Assembly (NCBI GenBank): GCA_025603075.1
Contig: MU626388.1
Span: 1 to 58,306, forward strand
Length of the DNA: 58,306 nt
Reading direction: 5' to 3'
From: Neoconidiobolus thromboides FSU 785
Lineage: Eukaryota > Fungi > Entomophthoromycota
Part shown: piece after piece, positions 22,408 through 35,708 of the stretch
Layout: each line of letters opens with the position of its first letter
How positions within the stretch are numbered: the first letter of the stretch is position 1
Program-made: the position numbers and the translations under genes
Notes under the pieces: model-generated
Database searches by the model: none
The model's input: only the letters and a program-made list of their open reading frames with translations
Told to the model about the DNA's origin: nothing

Positions 22408-23980
22408 ATGTTTTTGCTTTTGCCAATTTTGTTTTTTTAATAAATAGTATATATGCAATGCTCGCAAGAGCATTTGGAGGTGGATGTATAGAAATAAGGG
22501 ATGAATTGTATTATATAGGTGGGTTAATAACACTTTCAAACTCAAACAATATAACTTTGCCAAATAACGAAGCTTTTAAATTAGATTTTAAAAAGGGGGT
22601 GACCATCTCTAATGTGGTATTGTGCGAAAGATATAATATTAATAACGTGGTTGGGTTGCCATAGAGTTAGAGTTATTTTACATTGAAAACTTCAACAAAA
22701 AAAATTTAATGATCACTTTTTTGACGGATCCTACCGAAGCATCTCTAGAAACACATTACCTTGATATTGATAAGCTTGATTGATATGATAAATATTCAGT
22801 TAAATAGATCTCGTACGAGCAACGAATAAAAACCACTGAAGCTAGTAACATAGGATACTCAATAATACAAAGCAAAAGAAATCCAAAACAATCCTACATA
22901 TCAGAGTATTTTTATGATATCAGATCAAAGAAAGATATAACTTATCAAATAAAATTATTTGATATTGAATTAAGGAAAATTAAGCCTTTACAAACCAACC
23001 AAAAAAACAAGATTTGAGAATGTATTTTTGTGTTTAAGAATTTTACTAACAAATTTTTCACTTAAATAGCGCTTAAAAAATGGAAAAAGTAATGAAATCA
23101 AAAAAACACTCTCATTTAATTTATTATTTGTTTTAAACAACAAATTATACTATTTTGAAGTATTAGTAAAGGGTAATGTACCGGACATTAATTATGTAAA
23201 TTAGATTCATCAACATTCGAAATAACGCCGCATAAGATTCCTTTTAAATATTATCTACATATTTAGTTTGTAAAATTTGATCAAATTGTATACTTTATTG
23301 GATCAGATATAAATGAAAAAACCGATTTGGTTGTTGTATTTAAATTAGACTTACAATCATTTACATTTAATAAAATAAATGAAATAGTTAAAATAGGCAC
23401 TTGAGGATGTTTTACTAACTATAGGGATTATATGATAAATCCCTTTGGTTTTAGATTTGTCAACTATTCAGATACAATGGCTCTTCTAGAAAGCTCAGAT
23501 AAAACACAAATGATAGACACACAGACTTGGGAAAATGTTGAAAGTTTACCTCCACTATTAAAAGGAAACACCACCACAAGCAATGATTCAAATGATTATG
23601 TTGGCAACAATAACCTTGGAGCTATCATAGGCGGTAGTATAGGAGGAATAGTTGGATTTCTACTTTTATTTGGCATATTTTTTATATTTTATAGGGGTAA
23701 ATTGAAAAAGGAAAGGCTTCCAAGTATTATCACTGATCCTATTTTTATTGATACAAATATTCATTTGGATAGCACTAACAAATATCGCAGCAACAAGGTC
23801 TTTCCTTACTTTCAACAAGCCGATGGTAGTACCGCTAGATTAACTGGCAATTTGAACTTAACTCAGATGATAAATATGGACATGATTAAATAAGAGAATC
23901 ATTCGGTTGATGAAACTACTTTTAATCAGCCTTCAAAATAGCGAGAACGTTACATAATAATACTATCGACTATGTTGTTA
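22408..23980 (+). pseudogene. Tandem pseudogene paralog of the kelch-like membrane protein
   Basis: Colinear with 20105-21583; frameshift in signal-peptide poly-T, several stops (including TGG to TGA and CAA to TAA), MITE at 23016. Confidence 0.85.
23016..23113 (+). mobile_element. MITE copy inside kelch pseudogene
   Basis: GAG...CTC ends, perfect ATTT TSD; intact paralog lacks it. Confidence 0.92.
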
Positions 23981-24066
23981 TTAAATATTTTAATAATAAT
24001 AATAATCAAAGTCTAATAAAATGAATGACGTATGAAAATAATATGATAAAATTCGAATTATTATAT

Positions 24067-24172
24067 AGGGATGTTTTTTTGATTTCATTACTCTATTTTT
24101 TAAGCGCTATTTGAGTGGAAAAATTGTTAGTAAAATTGTTAGTAAAATCCTTAAACACAAAAATATAGCCCC
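24067..24172 (-). mobile_element. MITE copy with a short internal tandem duplication
   Basis: aaattgttagta repeated in tandem inside the element. Confidence 0.85.
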
Positions 24173-24577
24173 AAATCCAAATACATAAATGCCATAGAAA
24201 ATATTACTGCTGTTTTGATCAATAAAATACCATTGAAGTAATTTAAAGGCAGTTAAACTCTTTAGTTCGTTGTTTTTATCTGAAAATTTGTTAGTAATCA
24301 TAAAGGATTTTATGACTAAAATCTTGAATAAGAAAAGTAACGTACTAAAAAGTTTGGTCACGTTTAGACTACATTAGTAAATCTTTATGGTAATGGTAAT
24401 AGAATCTAAAAATAGTTAATTAGTAAAACAAAATACTCACTTTTTATTAAATGCTAATGTTAAAATTAGAAAACTACGTAATGTTCAATTATACTGAACT
24501 TTAAAAATAACTTTATTTGATCATGTGGAAATGGTGAATATAAAAAGACTAAATTTTCTTATGTTCTATGGTTTGTA

Positions 24578-25147
24578 ATGAAGTTTTTATTTTTTATAGC
24601 GTTTATAACATCACTTAAAAGTGAAGAGATCAATTCATTTGAACAAAAGGGTTGTAATGCAACACATGAAGGAGGTTTAAAAAATCATCAAACGACACTT
24701 TCTAGAAAATGCTTTATATCTAGTTTACCAGGTAACTGTTTAGGATATTATAGAAGTTATCATTATGATCCAGAGATATCTGGCTGTGTACTATCGTCGT
24801 TTGGAGGATGTAATGATGGGTGTATGGCCTTTAAATCTAGAGCTGAATGTGAAAAAGCTTGTATTAAAGGAAAAGCAGTGAAGTTAAATAAGACAGAACC
24901 TTTTGCTCAAAAAGGTTGTGAGCTTAGTATCACTGCTAAATATATATCAGTTTTTGATGATTTACCGGCTAAATGCTTTATTGCTTCTAAAAAAGGGGAC
25001 TGTATCATTACCAAACCATCTTACCATTTTGATTATATTAAATCTAAATGTGTTTCTTCTATTTTTGGCGGATGCGATGATGGCTGTTTAGCGTTCAAAA
25101 CGAAGTTGGAATGTGAGAAAAGTTGTATAAAATCAGACACAGAATAA
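24578..25147 (+). CDS. Secreted double Kunitz/BPTI-like protease inhibitor
   Basis: Signal peptide; two C-x8-C-x15-C-x7-C-x12-C-x3-C domains with YHY/F and FGGC. Confidence 0.85.
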   Translation: MKFLFFIAFITSLKSEEINSFEQKGCNATHEGGLKNHQTTLSRKCFISSLPGNCLGYYRSYHYDPEISGCVLSSFGGCNDGCMAFKSRAECEKACIKGKAVKLNKTEPFAQKGCELSITAKYISVFDDLPAKCFIASKKGDCIITKPSYHFDYIKSKCVSSIFGGCDDGCLAFKTKLECEKSCIKSDTE

Positions 25148-25459
25148 CTTTAATTAATAAATTGTTTGATATTGTCATATAAATCATTAACTTATTATTG
25201 TATTTATATTTAACTTAAATGACTATTCCCACAAATTCCTATAAGTTTATATGAAAAAATCTCAATACAGTGAAAATCTTATAAAGATGGGATTTCATAG
25301 GCTTCAAAAAAGAGACCATTTACACAAATTGCTCTTAAAAGATCACTTAATGTTGATACATATAGCTTTAAAGATTGCTTGAACTGGTTATACCTTTAAA
25401 AAATTTGGCGTTTTTATCCACCACATTTAAAGTATCAGACTTATCAAATTCGAAGATAT

Positions 25460-25557
25460 GGAGATGTTTTTTTGGTTTCATCGCTTTTTCCATTTTTTAA
25501 GCACTATTTGGGTAGAAAGATTGTTAGTAAAATCCTTAGACAAAAAAATACATCCGC
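25460..25557 (-). mobile_element. MITE copy
   Basis: Family sequence; ATAT/ATGT flanks. Confidence 0.85.
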
Positions 25558-25793
25558 ATGTAATGAATATTTGCTTTCAGGTAAAAATTTGTAAAATTAA
25601 ATAATATTATTAATAAAAATACTATGAAAGTCATTAATTATATAATATGGTACCTATACTATTTATAGAATTTACTATAATATCGCAAACTGCTATGTAA
25701 CTAAATTGTATTTTTTAGACTATATGATTATAGTTTAGATTCAATATAAATTTTATTTTATTTGTATACTATGATGTATTATACAAAATACCA

Positions 25794-26260
25794 TGTCACG
25801 AAATATCGCTTTGTCAGCCCCATGGTTAATTATAGCATAACAATCGCCTAAACTGTTGTGTTCTCGAGTTTAGAGACAATCAATCCCACGCTCTTAGTTT
25901 GATTTGCTGTGAGAATTCCTAGCTCCATCCCAAAGAATATTATCTTCTCATTTTGATATTTATACTTTTCAGAGTATAAAAGAGATTTTAGAGTATAATA
26001 GCTCGAGGCTTTTTAACTGAATTATTTACTGATATCTCGAACACTTAATAAAGTCCCTAAGTTTACTTAATAGTATTTTACGTAGATTCTACATTAGTAT
26101 TGTCTATTCTATTTGTTTCGCATAACATATAGCCTATCGCATGCTATTCTTCATAATCTAAGTCTATCCTAGTCACATAAACTAAGAACTTTCGACTTAT
26201 AGTATAGTCAACCAGACAATAGCTGTTTTTGACCCTAATCACTGAGTACCAGATTTCACA
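25794..26260 (+). mobile_element. Second copy of the ~465-bp solo-LTR-like repeat
   Basis: TGTCACGAAATATCGC...GATTTCACA; colinear and highly similar to 4195-4659. Confidence 0.6.
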
Positions 26261-26413
26261 CATGTTTTATCATTAAAAATTTAAACTTTTATATTGTCAT
26301 ACATAGCTAAATACGATCACTAACAAAGTCTTAAATAGAAACAATATACAATTATATCAAGTTAGAAAAACAATTAAATATATTTTATCGTTCGAGGCAA
26401 ATATTCTCTATAT

Positions 26414-26502
26414 GAGGATGTATTGTGTTTAAGAATTTTACTAACAAATTTTCCGTTCAGATAGCACTTAAAAGATAGTAATGAAGTCAAAAAAACATCC
26501 CC
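26414..26502 (+). mobile_element. MITE copy
   Basis: GAGGATG...CATCCCC. Confidence 0.85.
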
Positions 26503-26801
26503 GTATATTCACATATTTAAGAAATAAATAAATTTAAAATAAACCAATCGTTTTAGTTTAAATAACTGTAAATTAGCAATATTTTAAAAAATCTATAACT
26601 TGATATAGATAATATTGTGTTATATTTATATCTATTTATATCTATTTTAAAAACAAATCAAATACTATCAGTAACCTAAAAATTAAGCGGAGGCTATTCA
26701 TTATAAAAATCAAAAAATAATACTATAATGAAATATTGTTATTATATTTATAAAGGTATTTCATGTATATAAATTTAGTTATTTACTTTAAATAAGCATG
26801 T

Positions 26802-27003
26802 GGGGATGCTTTTTTTGATTTCATTACTTTTTCCATTTTAAGTGCTGTTTGAACGAGAAATTTGCTAGTAAAATTCTTAAACACAAAAATACAGTTCCAT
26901 ATGGAGGAGATGTGTTCTTTTGCCTAACAATTTTACTAACAATTTTCTGCTCAAATATTACTTAAAAAATGGAAAAAGTAATGAAGTCAAAAAAAACATC
27001 CCC
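26802..27003. mobile_element. Two abutting inverted MITE copies (26802-26898 minus, 26903-27003 plus) separated by ATAT
   Basis: Direct reading; forms a ~200-bp imperfect palindrome. Confidence 0.85.
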
Positions 27004-28202
27004 ATATATTTAATTTCATAATATTAAAGCTCATTAGATAGTTTAATTATATAAACCGTAACTATTGTTAACAAAATTTATAAAAATAAATAAATTTTAT
27101 TTTTTAATTGTCATTTCAATAGTAAAAACATCTTAATCTTCAATAAATATATTTAATAGAATCACTAAACAATGTCTTATATTATTTATATATAATAAAA
27201 AAGAAGTACATATATTCACAATTTTAATAATAAAACGATTTTAGCTCGATAGAAATAATGCTTATTAGCCCAGTTGAGTTTTTTTAAATTTGTTGAGTTG
27301 GTTTATGGGTTTATTTTACCTGATATGTTTTAAAAAAATATGCACAGCTAGGCTTCGCGCAGTATACATTTCTTCTATTTTGGTTTTAAATAAAATATGG
27401 ATCTATACCAAAACTATTTAACAATATTCAGCTTATATTATTATATTTAAAACAAAGCTATATTAAACATGAATACTTTTATCAGCTTGTTTTATAGTCG
27501 AAAATTTTTGACAGGTTTATGATTACAATATCACTCCTGGTTTAAAAGTTAAATTAAATCATTTAAGTGAACTCACATGTACTCTTCTACTAACTCGATG
27601 TTAAGGAGCTTGGTAGCCATTAGGGAAGGTGCGCTATAATATATAGTAAGAGTCTTTAACATAATATCAAGTATGTATTTATATCTTTTAATCGAACTAT
27701 TATTGTAAGAACATCTTTAAAGAATAACATTTTAAGGGAGAGATAAAGTAAATAAAACAAGTAACTTTATGGAATGATCCTAAAATTAAGCCAATTAAAT
27801 ATCATTCATTTGAAACAAACAAATCATCCCATCCAAAAATACAAGGTTTTTTTAAAAGGTGACTGCTTTATGACCCCAGAGTTTTGTAAAATAAGCAAAT
27901 GAAAAACATTCACAAAATAGTTATACCCAATCATATGCTATACTCGTCTTTTACTTGGGATATAAGTTTCAAAATCCAAGTCTTTGACTTATGAAACAAG
28001 TTAAAATACTCTAAAAAAGGATAAACATATCATAGAAATCAAACTGATTTTCGCTTAGTAAAAGTGCTACGTAATCAGCTTTCCCCACACCATTCCCACC
28101 CCACAACTACTGACTACTATATATAATCACAGCATTGCACGGCGAAAGTACTTTTAAACTTCAAAATTCAGAACTTACCCTAGCTTTAAATTTTATTAAA
28201 AT

Positions 28203-30728
28203 ATGGTGAATTTTACTGTAGAACAAATTCGTGCTATGATGGACAAGGCATCTAATGTCCGTAACATGTCTGTCATAGCACACGTTGATCATGGAAAATC
28301 TACTTTGACTGATTCTTTAGTATCAAAGGCCGGTATTATTTCAGCTTCCAACGCTGGTAACGCTCGTTATACCGATACCCGTCAAGATGAACAAGATCGT
28401 TGTATTACTATTAAGTCCACTGCCATTTCTATGTTCTTTGAGCTCCCAAAAGAAAGTATGGAAGATGTCAAGCAAAAAACGGATGGTAGTGAGTTCTTGA
28501 TTAATCTTATCGACTCACCCGGGCATGTTGATTTCTCATCAGAAGTGACTGCTGCACTTCGTGTTACTGACGGTGCTTTGGTTGTTGTAGATTGTGTTGA
28601 TGGTGTATGTGTCCAAACCGAAACCGTCTTACGTCAAGCTCTTACTGAAAAGATCAAGCCTGTAGTAATCATTAATAAAGTAGATCGTGCTTTGTTAGAA
28701 CTTCAGATTGAAAAAGATGCTCTTTACCAATCTTTCTGTCGTACAATTGAATCTGTTAATGTCATCGTCTCTACTTATGTTGACGACGCATTAGGTGATG
28801 TTCAAGTTTATCCAGAGAAAGGTACAGTTGCTTTTGGTTCTGGTCTTCATGGATGGGGTTTTACTCTTCGTCAATTTGCTGATCGTTACGCTAAGAAATT
28901 TGGAGTTGATAAAGAAAAGATGATGAAGCGCCTTTGGGGTGAGAATTATTTCAACCCAAAGACTAAGAAATGGACCACCAAACCTACTGATACCGATGGC
29001 AATTCTTTGGAACGTGCTTTTAATTTATTTGTTTTGGATCCTATTTTTCGTATTTTTGATTCAATCATGAATTTCAAGCAAGATGAAGTAACTAAGGTAT
29101 TAGAAAAATTGGATATCCAACTTAAGCCTGAAGAGAAAGAGTTGACCGGTAAGGCTTTGCTTAAGATTGTTATGCGTAGGTTTTTACCTGCTGCTGACGC
29201 CTTACTTGAGATGATTGTTATCCATCTTCCATCCCCTATTACTGCACAAAGGTATCGTGCTGCGGCTCTTTATGAAGGGCCAGCCGATGATGAATCTTGT
29301 ACTGCTATTAGCAACTGTGATCCAAATGGGCCTCTTATGCTTTATGTGTCTAAGATGGTACCTACTTCAGATAAAGGTCGTTTCTATGCCTTTGGTCGTG
29401 TCTTTGCTGGTACTGTCAAAGCTGGTGTAAAAGTTCGCATCCAAGGTCCTAATTACGTCCCAGGTAAGAAAGATGATCTCTTTGTTAAATCTATTCAACG
29501 TACTGTTCTTATGATGGGACGTTACATTGAACCAATTGAGGATTGTCCAGCTGGCAATATCATTGGCCTTGTTGGTGTTGATCAATTCCTTCTTAAATCT
29601 GGTACTATTACTACTTCAGAAACTGCACATAACATGAAGGTCATGAAGTTCTCTGTCTCCCCTGTAGTGCGAATTGCTGTTGAGGTCAAGAATGCCAACG
29701 ACCTACCAAAATTAGTCGAAGGTCTTAAACGCTTATCAAAGTCCGATCCATGTGTACAATGCTACACTTCTGACTCTGGTGAACATGTTGTTGCCGGTGC
29801 TGGTGAACTGCATCTTGAGATTTGTCTTAAAGACCTTGAAGAAGATCATGCCGGTGTACCAATTAAGACTGGTGATCCAGTCGTACAATATCGTGAGACA
29901 GTTCAAGCTGAGTCTGATATCACTTGCTTATCTAAATCTCCAAATAAGCATAACCGTATCTTCATGAAAGCACAACCATTGGACATGGACCTTGCATTGG
30001 AAATCGAAGAAGGAAAGATTAACCCAAGAGATGATGTCAAAATTCGTGCCCGTCATCTTGCTGAGAAATACAGTTGGGATGTCAATGATGGCCGTAAAAT
30101 TTGGTGCTTTGGTCCAGAGACTACTGGTCCTAACCTTTTGGTTGATCAAACCAAGGCTGTACAATACCTCAATGAAATCAAAGATTCATGTGTTGCTGCT
30201 TTCCAGTGGGCAACTAAAGAAGGTGTGTTATGTGAGGAGAACATGCGCGCCACACGCTATAACATCCTTGATGTTACTTTGCATGCTGATGCTATTCATC
30301 GTGGTGGTGGCCAAATTATTCCAACTTGCCGTCGTGTTATTTATGCGTCACAGCTTACTGCCAATCCAACATTGCTTGAGCCTGTCTATTTAGTAGAAAT
30401 TGCAGCTCCAGAAAACGTTTTAGGAGGTATTTACTCAGTAGTATCACAGCGACGTGGCCAAGTAATCGAAGAGGCTCAACGTCCAGGTACACCCATGTAC
30501 ACTGTTAAAGCTTACCTTCCCGTAAATGAGTCGTTCGGTTTCACTTCAGCTTTACGTTCCCAAACTGGTGGTCAGGCTTTCCCACAAGCTGTTTTTGATC
30601 ATTGGGAGCTAATGGCAGGCAATGCACTTCAAGAAGGTAAAATCAATAAACTTATCACTGATGTACGTAAGCGTAAGGGCCTAAAGGCAGAGATTCCAGC
30701 GTTGGATAGCTACTTTGATAAATTATAA
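28203..30728 (+). CDS. EFT2: Translation elongation factor 2, intronless
   Basis: [23 protein letters not shown], diphthamide motif [15 protein letters not shown]; full-length 841 aa. Confidence 0.99.
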   Translation: MVNFTVEQIRAMMDKASNVRNMSVIAHVDHGKSTLTDSLVSKAGIISASNAGNARYTDTRQDEQDRCITIKSTAISMFFELPKESMEDVKQKTDGSEFLINLIDSPGHVDFSSEVTAALRVTDGALVVVDCVDGVCVQTETVLRQALTEKIKPVVIINKVDRALLELQIEKDALYQSFCRTIESVNVIVSTYVDDALGDVQVYPEKGTVAFGSGLHGWGFTLRQFADRYAKKFGVDKEKMMKRLWGENYFNPKTKKWTTKPTDTDGNSLERAFNLFVLDPIFRIFDSIMNFKQDEVTKVLEKLDIQLKPEEKELTGKALLKIVMRRFLPAADALLEMIVIHLPSPITAQRYRAAALYEGPADDESCTAISNCDPNGPLMLYVSKMVPTSDKGRFYAFGRVFAGTVKAGVKVRIQGPNYVPGKKDDLFVKSIQRTVLMMGRYIEPIEDCPAGNIIGLVGVDQFLLKSGTITTSETAHNMKVMKFSVSPVVRIAVEVKNANDLPKLVEGLKRLSKSDPCVQCYTSDSGEHVVAGAGELHLEICLKDLEEDHAGVPIKTGDPVVQYRETVQAESDITCLSKSPNKHNRIFMKAQPLDMDLALEIEEGKINPRDDVKIRARHLAEKYSWDVNDGRKIWCFGPETTGPNLLVDQTKAVQYLNEIKDSCVAAFQWATKEGVLCEENMRATRYNILDVTLHADAIHRGGGQIIPTCRRVIYASQLTANPTLLEPVYLVEIAAPENVLGGIYSVVSQRRGQVIEEAQRPGTPMYTVKAYLPVNESFGFTSALRSQTGGQAFPQAVFDHWELMAGNALQEGKINKLITDVRKRKGLKAEIPALDSYFDKL

Positions 30729-32213
30729 GCAGGCTTCAATCATCTATTTGTAATCGCATCTTTATAAACTATCCTATAGGTTGTACTATATATCTTATGA
30801 ATAAAAGTTCTACAACTTTTGCTCAAGTTAATTTTTATTCGTTAGATTTAGATTTTTATTTAAAAGTGTATTATTGTTTATAGGTGCTTGGATGCGCAAT
30901 ATCTCGAGAAACCTAATATTAAGATTAAACTTTGAACCGAATAGAGGTGTTTTTTTAGCTTTGTGATATAGAACTAATTAAACCTTAAAACTTACTGTGT
31001 TCTGGAAATTTGATTATAGTTTTTCAAACGAATATGATTAGTATATAAAACGTTTAATTTGAAGGAGCCAATTTTTACAAGTAAAAAATACATAAGAAAA
31101 GGTTTGATGGTACAAAGAGTTTATGGATTAATAATAAGGAAATAGCCGTTTATCTGCCAAATATATCACTATCAAGGTATGACCCGGATAAATGCTATGG
31201 GTTCATAAGGTACATAAATTTTACTTAACTTTTTAATTAACGTTATAGCTGAAATTAGTAATGAATATTATATTAGCATTATAGAACATATCCTGGCTTA
31301 TGATATTTAATGGACAGGCACATACAATAAACGTATCAACGAATCACTTTTATGTAATCAAGAAATAGATATTTCAAAGAAGATTTAAAAATATTAGCTA
31401 TTAATTAAAACCAACACACTATAATCTTTTTGGAATCTTGAAGAGGCTAAAGGTCCAAAGTGATTTATTTTGCGATTATAAAGAGTTGAAGTGTTCAGTT
31501 GGGGCATGAGGTGAATGATCTGTGGATAAGGTAGGTGTAAAGTTGTAAGCGAAGGATGGCATTACTTATTTTAAGAGAGAGATTTTAAGGAAAGAGCTCT
31601 TTGCCTTAACATAAGATTTTTTCTATTTAGCGACTTTGACTTCTACATCACTTGAATTTACCTAGATGTGAAATAAAGAGGTGGTATTGGATGGGAGTAG
31701 GGAATTGTCGTCTAGAGTTTTAGATAAAAGGAGCGAATGGTCCAAAACCCTATAGCAACCATATTAAACTTCAAGTTGAATTTTAGCCATTTTTGATTAT
31801 TAGAAGGACTGGATAATGAACAGCCATACCTTCTAATGATAAAAACTCATCCTGTATCATATATTAATTTAAGTAAATAAAGGCTTTAGATCTATGAAAT
31901 TTAGTGTTAGTCATTCAATTGATACTGATATATGTGATAAAGAGCTTCTTTTAAATTTTGTTTTAGTTATTTTATAAAACTTAGTATCAATAAAGTATTG
32001 AATCATTTTTTGCTTCATTTGAAATAACTAAAACAATTAATTATGCAAGTTGGTGTAATCGAAACAGAATAAAAGTTAAATAGCCTTGAAAAGTAACTTA
32101 GCTTTAAGTGCTGATAAAACTAAATTTAAATCCCATAGTAAATAACAATCCAAAAAATAAAATAACATCAAAAATTAAGTAAAAGTAAAAACTACATCTA
32201 GAATTTATTTGCA

Positions 32214-32624
32214 ATGAATCGATTAACAACAATAATAAAAAGCAACTACATAAGAAGCGGATTAAAGAATATAAAATTGGAACAATTGAGATATTTTCAA
32301 AGTGCAACAACTGGAGAAAAGTTTAACTATCCAAAGGAGACAAGTCCATTTTTAACTATTCCAACTCAAAAATGTACATTACCCTATTTTGTACGTCGTA
32401 CTAAGTACCTCTCATTACCGGTTTATTCGGAATTCAAAAACGGAAACACTCGCAAGTTGACTATTGTTCGTAGAATTCAAGGAGATTTAACTCAACTTAA
32501 AACGGACTTATTGACCCAATTCCCAGAATGGACTATTTCTATTTCACAAATCAACTCTCAAATTGTTATTAAAGGTCAAAAATGCCATGAGGTTAGAGAT
32601 TGGTTATCCAATAAAGGATTTTAG
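32214..32624 (+). CDS. IMG2: Mitochondrial large-subunit ribosomal protein mL49 (Img2)
   Basis: Basic presequence; YFVRRT...LPVY...GN.RKLTIVRRIQGD...IVIKG...V..WL..KGF. Confidence 0.85.
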   Translation: MNRLTTIIKSNYIRSGLKNIKLEQLRYFQSATTGEKFNYPKETSPFLTIPTQKCTLPYFVRRTKYLSLPVYSEFKNGNTRKLTIVRRIQGDLTQLKTDLLTQFPEWTISISQINSQIVIKGQKCHEVRDWLSNKGF

Positions 32625-33680
32625 ATTCAGTTGTTATAAAAATAAATTTATTTTAAAAGGAGAATCGGGGCACTATTGAATAAATACATTTCGCATTAAT
32701 CCACATTTTTATTCATTCCATACATTGAATTAATCCTATAACGCTTCATAATAATATAGAGGAACTTTTTAATAATTTTATCTTTTTATAAATTTTCATT
32801 CTTTTATATTTACTTGACTTTATTTTTTAGCTTAATAAGTGCATCAAAATATTCAATAGTGTTATTTTCATAACTTTTTATTCAAAATAGAATCAGTATT
32901 AAAATCGTTTATTCACTTTATTATGTAGACAAAATGGCTATCCTATTTTTGTTTTTAATATTCGATTTTATATTTAGCATTTCAACCGATCTCAGTTGTC
33001 TCAGAGAAAAAACAGCAAACGAGTTAGCTAAATTGGTTTAATTATTTTTTAACTGAACTGTATGGTTAAAATTAGATGTTAAACCATCTAAGATAAAACT
33101 TTTACTAAACTATTAAAATACCATCAAATGATGAAAAGCTTTTGCATAGCACTATCTTAGTTAAAGGCTAACTGGGAGCTTGACTTCAACTATAAATTAC
33201 TCAGCCTTGTTAAGATTCATAAAATAATCTCACAGCTTTGAGTAAGTAAAATATGATAGAAGTTAATAACTACAACATCATAAAAAAATTGCTCAAATTC
33301 TTTTGGAGATAAATGATACTCACTGTTACAACTAGTGATTTGCTTTTTTATAGAGATGAGTTTAAATTTTCTATTAACTTATTAATTTCAAACTATCAAT
33401 CAATAAAATAAATGTGAAAAATATTCTCTGCTAAATAAGCAATAAAAAAGGCAACTAGATCAAACAGAACAAATCCTATTAATGAGATACAGTAAAAGAT
33501 CAACTTAATTAGTAAATTAATATTCAATAAATATAGAAAAGAAAATTGATAATCAACAAATTATAAAATCAAGTATTTAAAGATCATCTTAAAAAGATTG
33601 ACGGCAAAGCTTATATAAAAGAGACATTTTTGTACTTAATAGTTATTATTATTTCTTCTGTGAAGAGTATTTTATAAAAG

Positions 33681-34535
33681 ATGAAATTAAGTTATGCTTT
33701 GACAGTTTTGATTAGTATGCTACTAATGTCTAGTAGCGTGTTTGCTCAAGAAGATTCAGTGGGAGGAGATAATGAAATGCCAAAAAACGGATCAATGGTA
33801 ATAAATGGAGCTGAATTTGCTAGCTTTGAAACCCCAGGTGAAATTGGTAAAAAATCCGAACGTACCATTATTCCAATCATTTTATTGTTGAACCATATCT
33901 TTAAACAACATCAACCACCAAAACCACAATGTCCAACCACTAATTGCTGTTATGGAGTAGATTCTAACGGCTGCTGTATTGGTGGTTCTGGTAATTGTAA
34001 TCCATGTCCTGGTCCAAATTGCCCATGGCCATGTCCACCCGGAAATCCTAACTGCTTCCAATGCCCACCAGGATGGACCGGATGTAGGAATCCATGCCCA
34101 GGACCATATTGTCCATACCAGTGCCCAGGTCCTAACTGCCCATATATTTGTCCAGGTCCATATTGTGGCAACGTTTGCCCAGGTCCTAACTGCCCTATTC
34201 GTTGCCCAGGTCCAAACTGTCCAGTAGCATGCCCAGGTCCTTATTGCCCACAACCATGCTTTGGACCATATTGTGGATCTGTTATTTGCCCACCTCAAAT
34301 TTGTAATATCAATTACCCATACCGTCCAATTATTTTCAACATTAATATTAATCAAAATATTATTATTAATGGAGACCAACCAAACTACGTTTGCATTAGA
34401 GTTCCTAACCAATTTGGCGGGTATTACAGAGTTTGTGGTCCAAGAGATAATCTCAAATGCTATTTAACTCCAGAAAATCAATACCAAGTACGTATTATGG
34501 ATCCAACCGATAACAGAATTTCTATTTCACAATAA
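33681..34535 (+). CDS. Secreted (CPGPxCPxx)n Cys/Pro/Tyr-rich protein, 284 aa
   Basis: Signal peptide; same architecture as 10011-12140 without the Gly/Gln tail. Confidence 0.9.
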   Translation: MKLSYALTVLISMLLMSSSVFAQEDSVGGDNEMPKNGSMVINGAEFASFETPGEIGKKSERTIIPIILLLNHIFKQHQPPKPQCPTTNCCYGVDSNGCCIGGSGNCNPCPGPNCPWPCPPGNPNCFQCPPGWTGCRNPCPGPYCPYQCPGPNCPYICPGPYCGNVCPGPNCPIRCPGPNCPVACPGPYCPQPCFGPYCGSVICPPQICNINYPYRPIIFNININQNIIINGDQPNYVCIRVPNQFGGYYRVCGPRDNLKCYLTPENQYQVRIMDPTDNRISISQ

Positions 34536-34611
34536 ATTAACTTTGTGTAGCCAATATTAGTATTTTTCATATTTGTTACATTTTAACTTTAGCACTAATA
34601 ATATAGCATAT

Positions 34612-34710
34612 GGGGGTGTATTTTTGTATTTAAGAATTTTACTAACAAATTTTCCGCTTAAATAGTGCTTAAAAAATGGAAGAAATAATGAAGTCAAAAA
34701 AAACACTCCC
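34612..34710 (+). mobile_element. MITE copy 76 bp after the CPGP gene stop
   Basis: ATAT TSD. Confidence 0.9.
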
Positions 34711-35610
34711 ATATAATGTTTGGTATTACGAACTACTAACTATTACAAACAAATGGCTAGGCAACTAGTATAGTACAAAAACTGTATATAAAGTATTAGT
34801 AAATGACTAACTCAATAGTAAAGTGCTACAACATTTATACAAGCCTTTTGAGGCATTTTTTGATTAGATTGCCTTTATCCTAATATGATTAATTTATTAA
34901 GCTAATCCACTACTTATAGAGCGTTAAACTTAAAAAATACTGTTCCACAAAAACATCTAACATCTAAGAATTGTAAGTTACTTTATTGCAAACCCGCTCT
35001 CTGATTATGGCATATAATTTATTTAATACATTAGACTTAGGCCATTATTCTTGTTCCTTCTGTTTAATTAATTTGCTGAGTGGAAGCCTCATTGGTTAAA
35101 CAAGCTGCTGCTGCTTCAGATGGAGATGCTTAAATTGAAAAATGTTGAACTAATTCAACCTGGTTCTGCTTTAAATCGTGTTAGAATAGAAGATACCTTG
35201 TTTGGTTATTATAAACTTTATGGCGATAAGTCACTGTTTAATTTTCTATGTTAAACAAGTTAGATAAAAATTGTTTATGAATAAAGCATTTAAGCTGGAA
35301 CATCAATTTGTGTATGACATTTATAAAAAATAATTTTGTGTGAAAACGGGTGGAATTTAAAAAAGGATATAAGGTTTTGCCAGGTATCCAAATATCCATC
35401 CTGAAGGTGTCATCAAAGCTTTACCTAAAAAAGAGAGTATGCTTTATGGCTATAATTAAGAGCTAAACCCAGAAACGGATCAATTAAGTAAGTTTATAGC
35501 TAGATTCTGGGTCGTGAATTACATTATCCATCAACCAAAATTAGTAATAAAGATAGCTATTGTCAAATAAAATCAGATATAAAGTAAACAAATGATTAAA
35601 ATAACCATAT

Positions 35611-35708
35611 GGGGATGTATTTTTGTATTTAAGAATTTTACTGACAATTTTTCCACATAAATAGCGCTTAAAAAATGGAAAAATAATGAAACTAAAAAAA
35701 ACAGCCCC
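35611..35708 (+). mobile_element. MITE copy
   Basis: ATAT TSD. Confidence 0.9.

Noticed and set aside
22408-23980. RIP-like hypermutation of duplicated genes
   Set aside because: Some TGG to TGA and CAA to TAA stops exist, but the 197-bp duplicate is unmutated and MITE copies keep CpG/CpA sites; ordinary AT-biased decay suffices.
18502-24361. Short ORFs sharing FKRYLSGKIV-like peptides (18502, 19815, 24107; also 3628, 8204, 36688-37274)
   Set aside because: They are translations of the MITE, not a protein family.
26685-26740. Short motif taagcggag(g)ctatt shared with about 54918-54960
   Set aside because: Only two degenerate copies in unrelated contexts; insufficient to call a regulatory site or element end.
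29215-30393. Alternative-frame ORFs inside EF-2 (and 44416-44696 inside GH20)
   Set aside because: By-products of strong codon bias in highly expressed genes.
28203-30728. Intronless EF-2 as a possible retrocopy
   Set aside because: Intact motifs, strong codon bias and an upstream TATA-like element; no poly(A) remnant or TSD.
31380-31860. GC-richer minus-strand stretch with AIGFWTI, vaguely like a LINE ORF2 3' end
   Set aside because: Multiple stops and no RT or endonuclease motif; cannot be assigned without a search.
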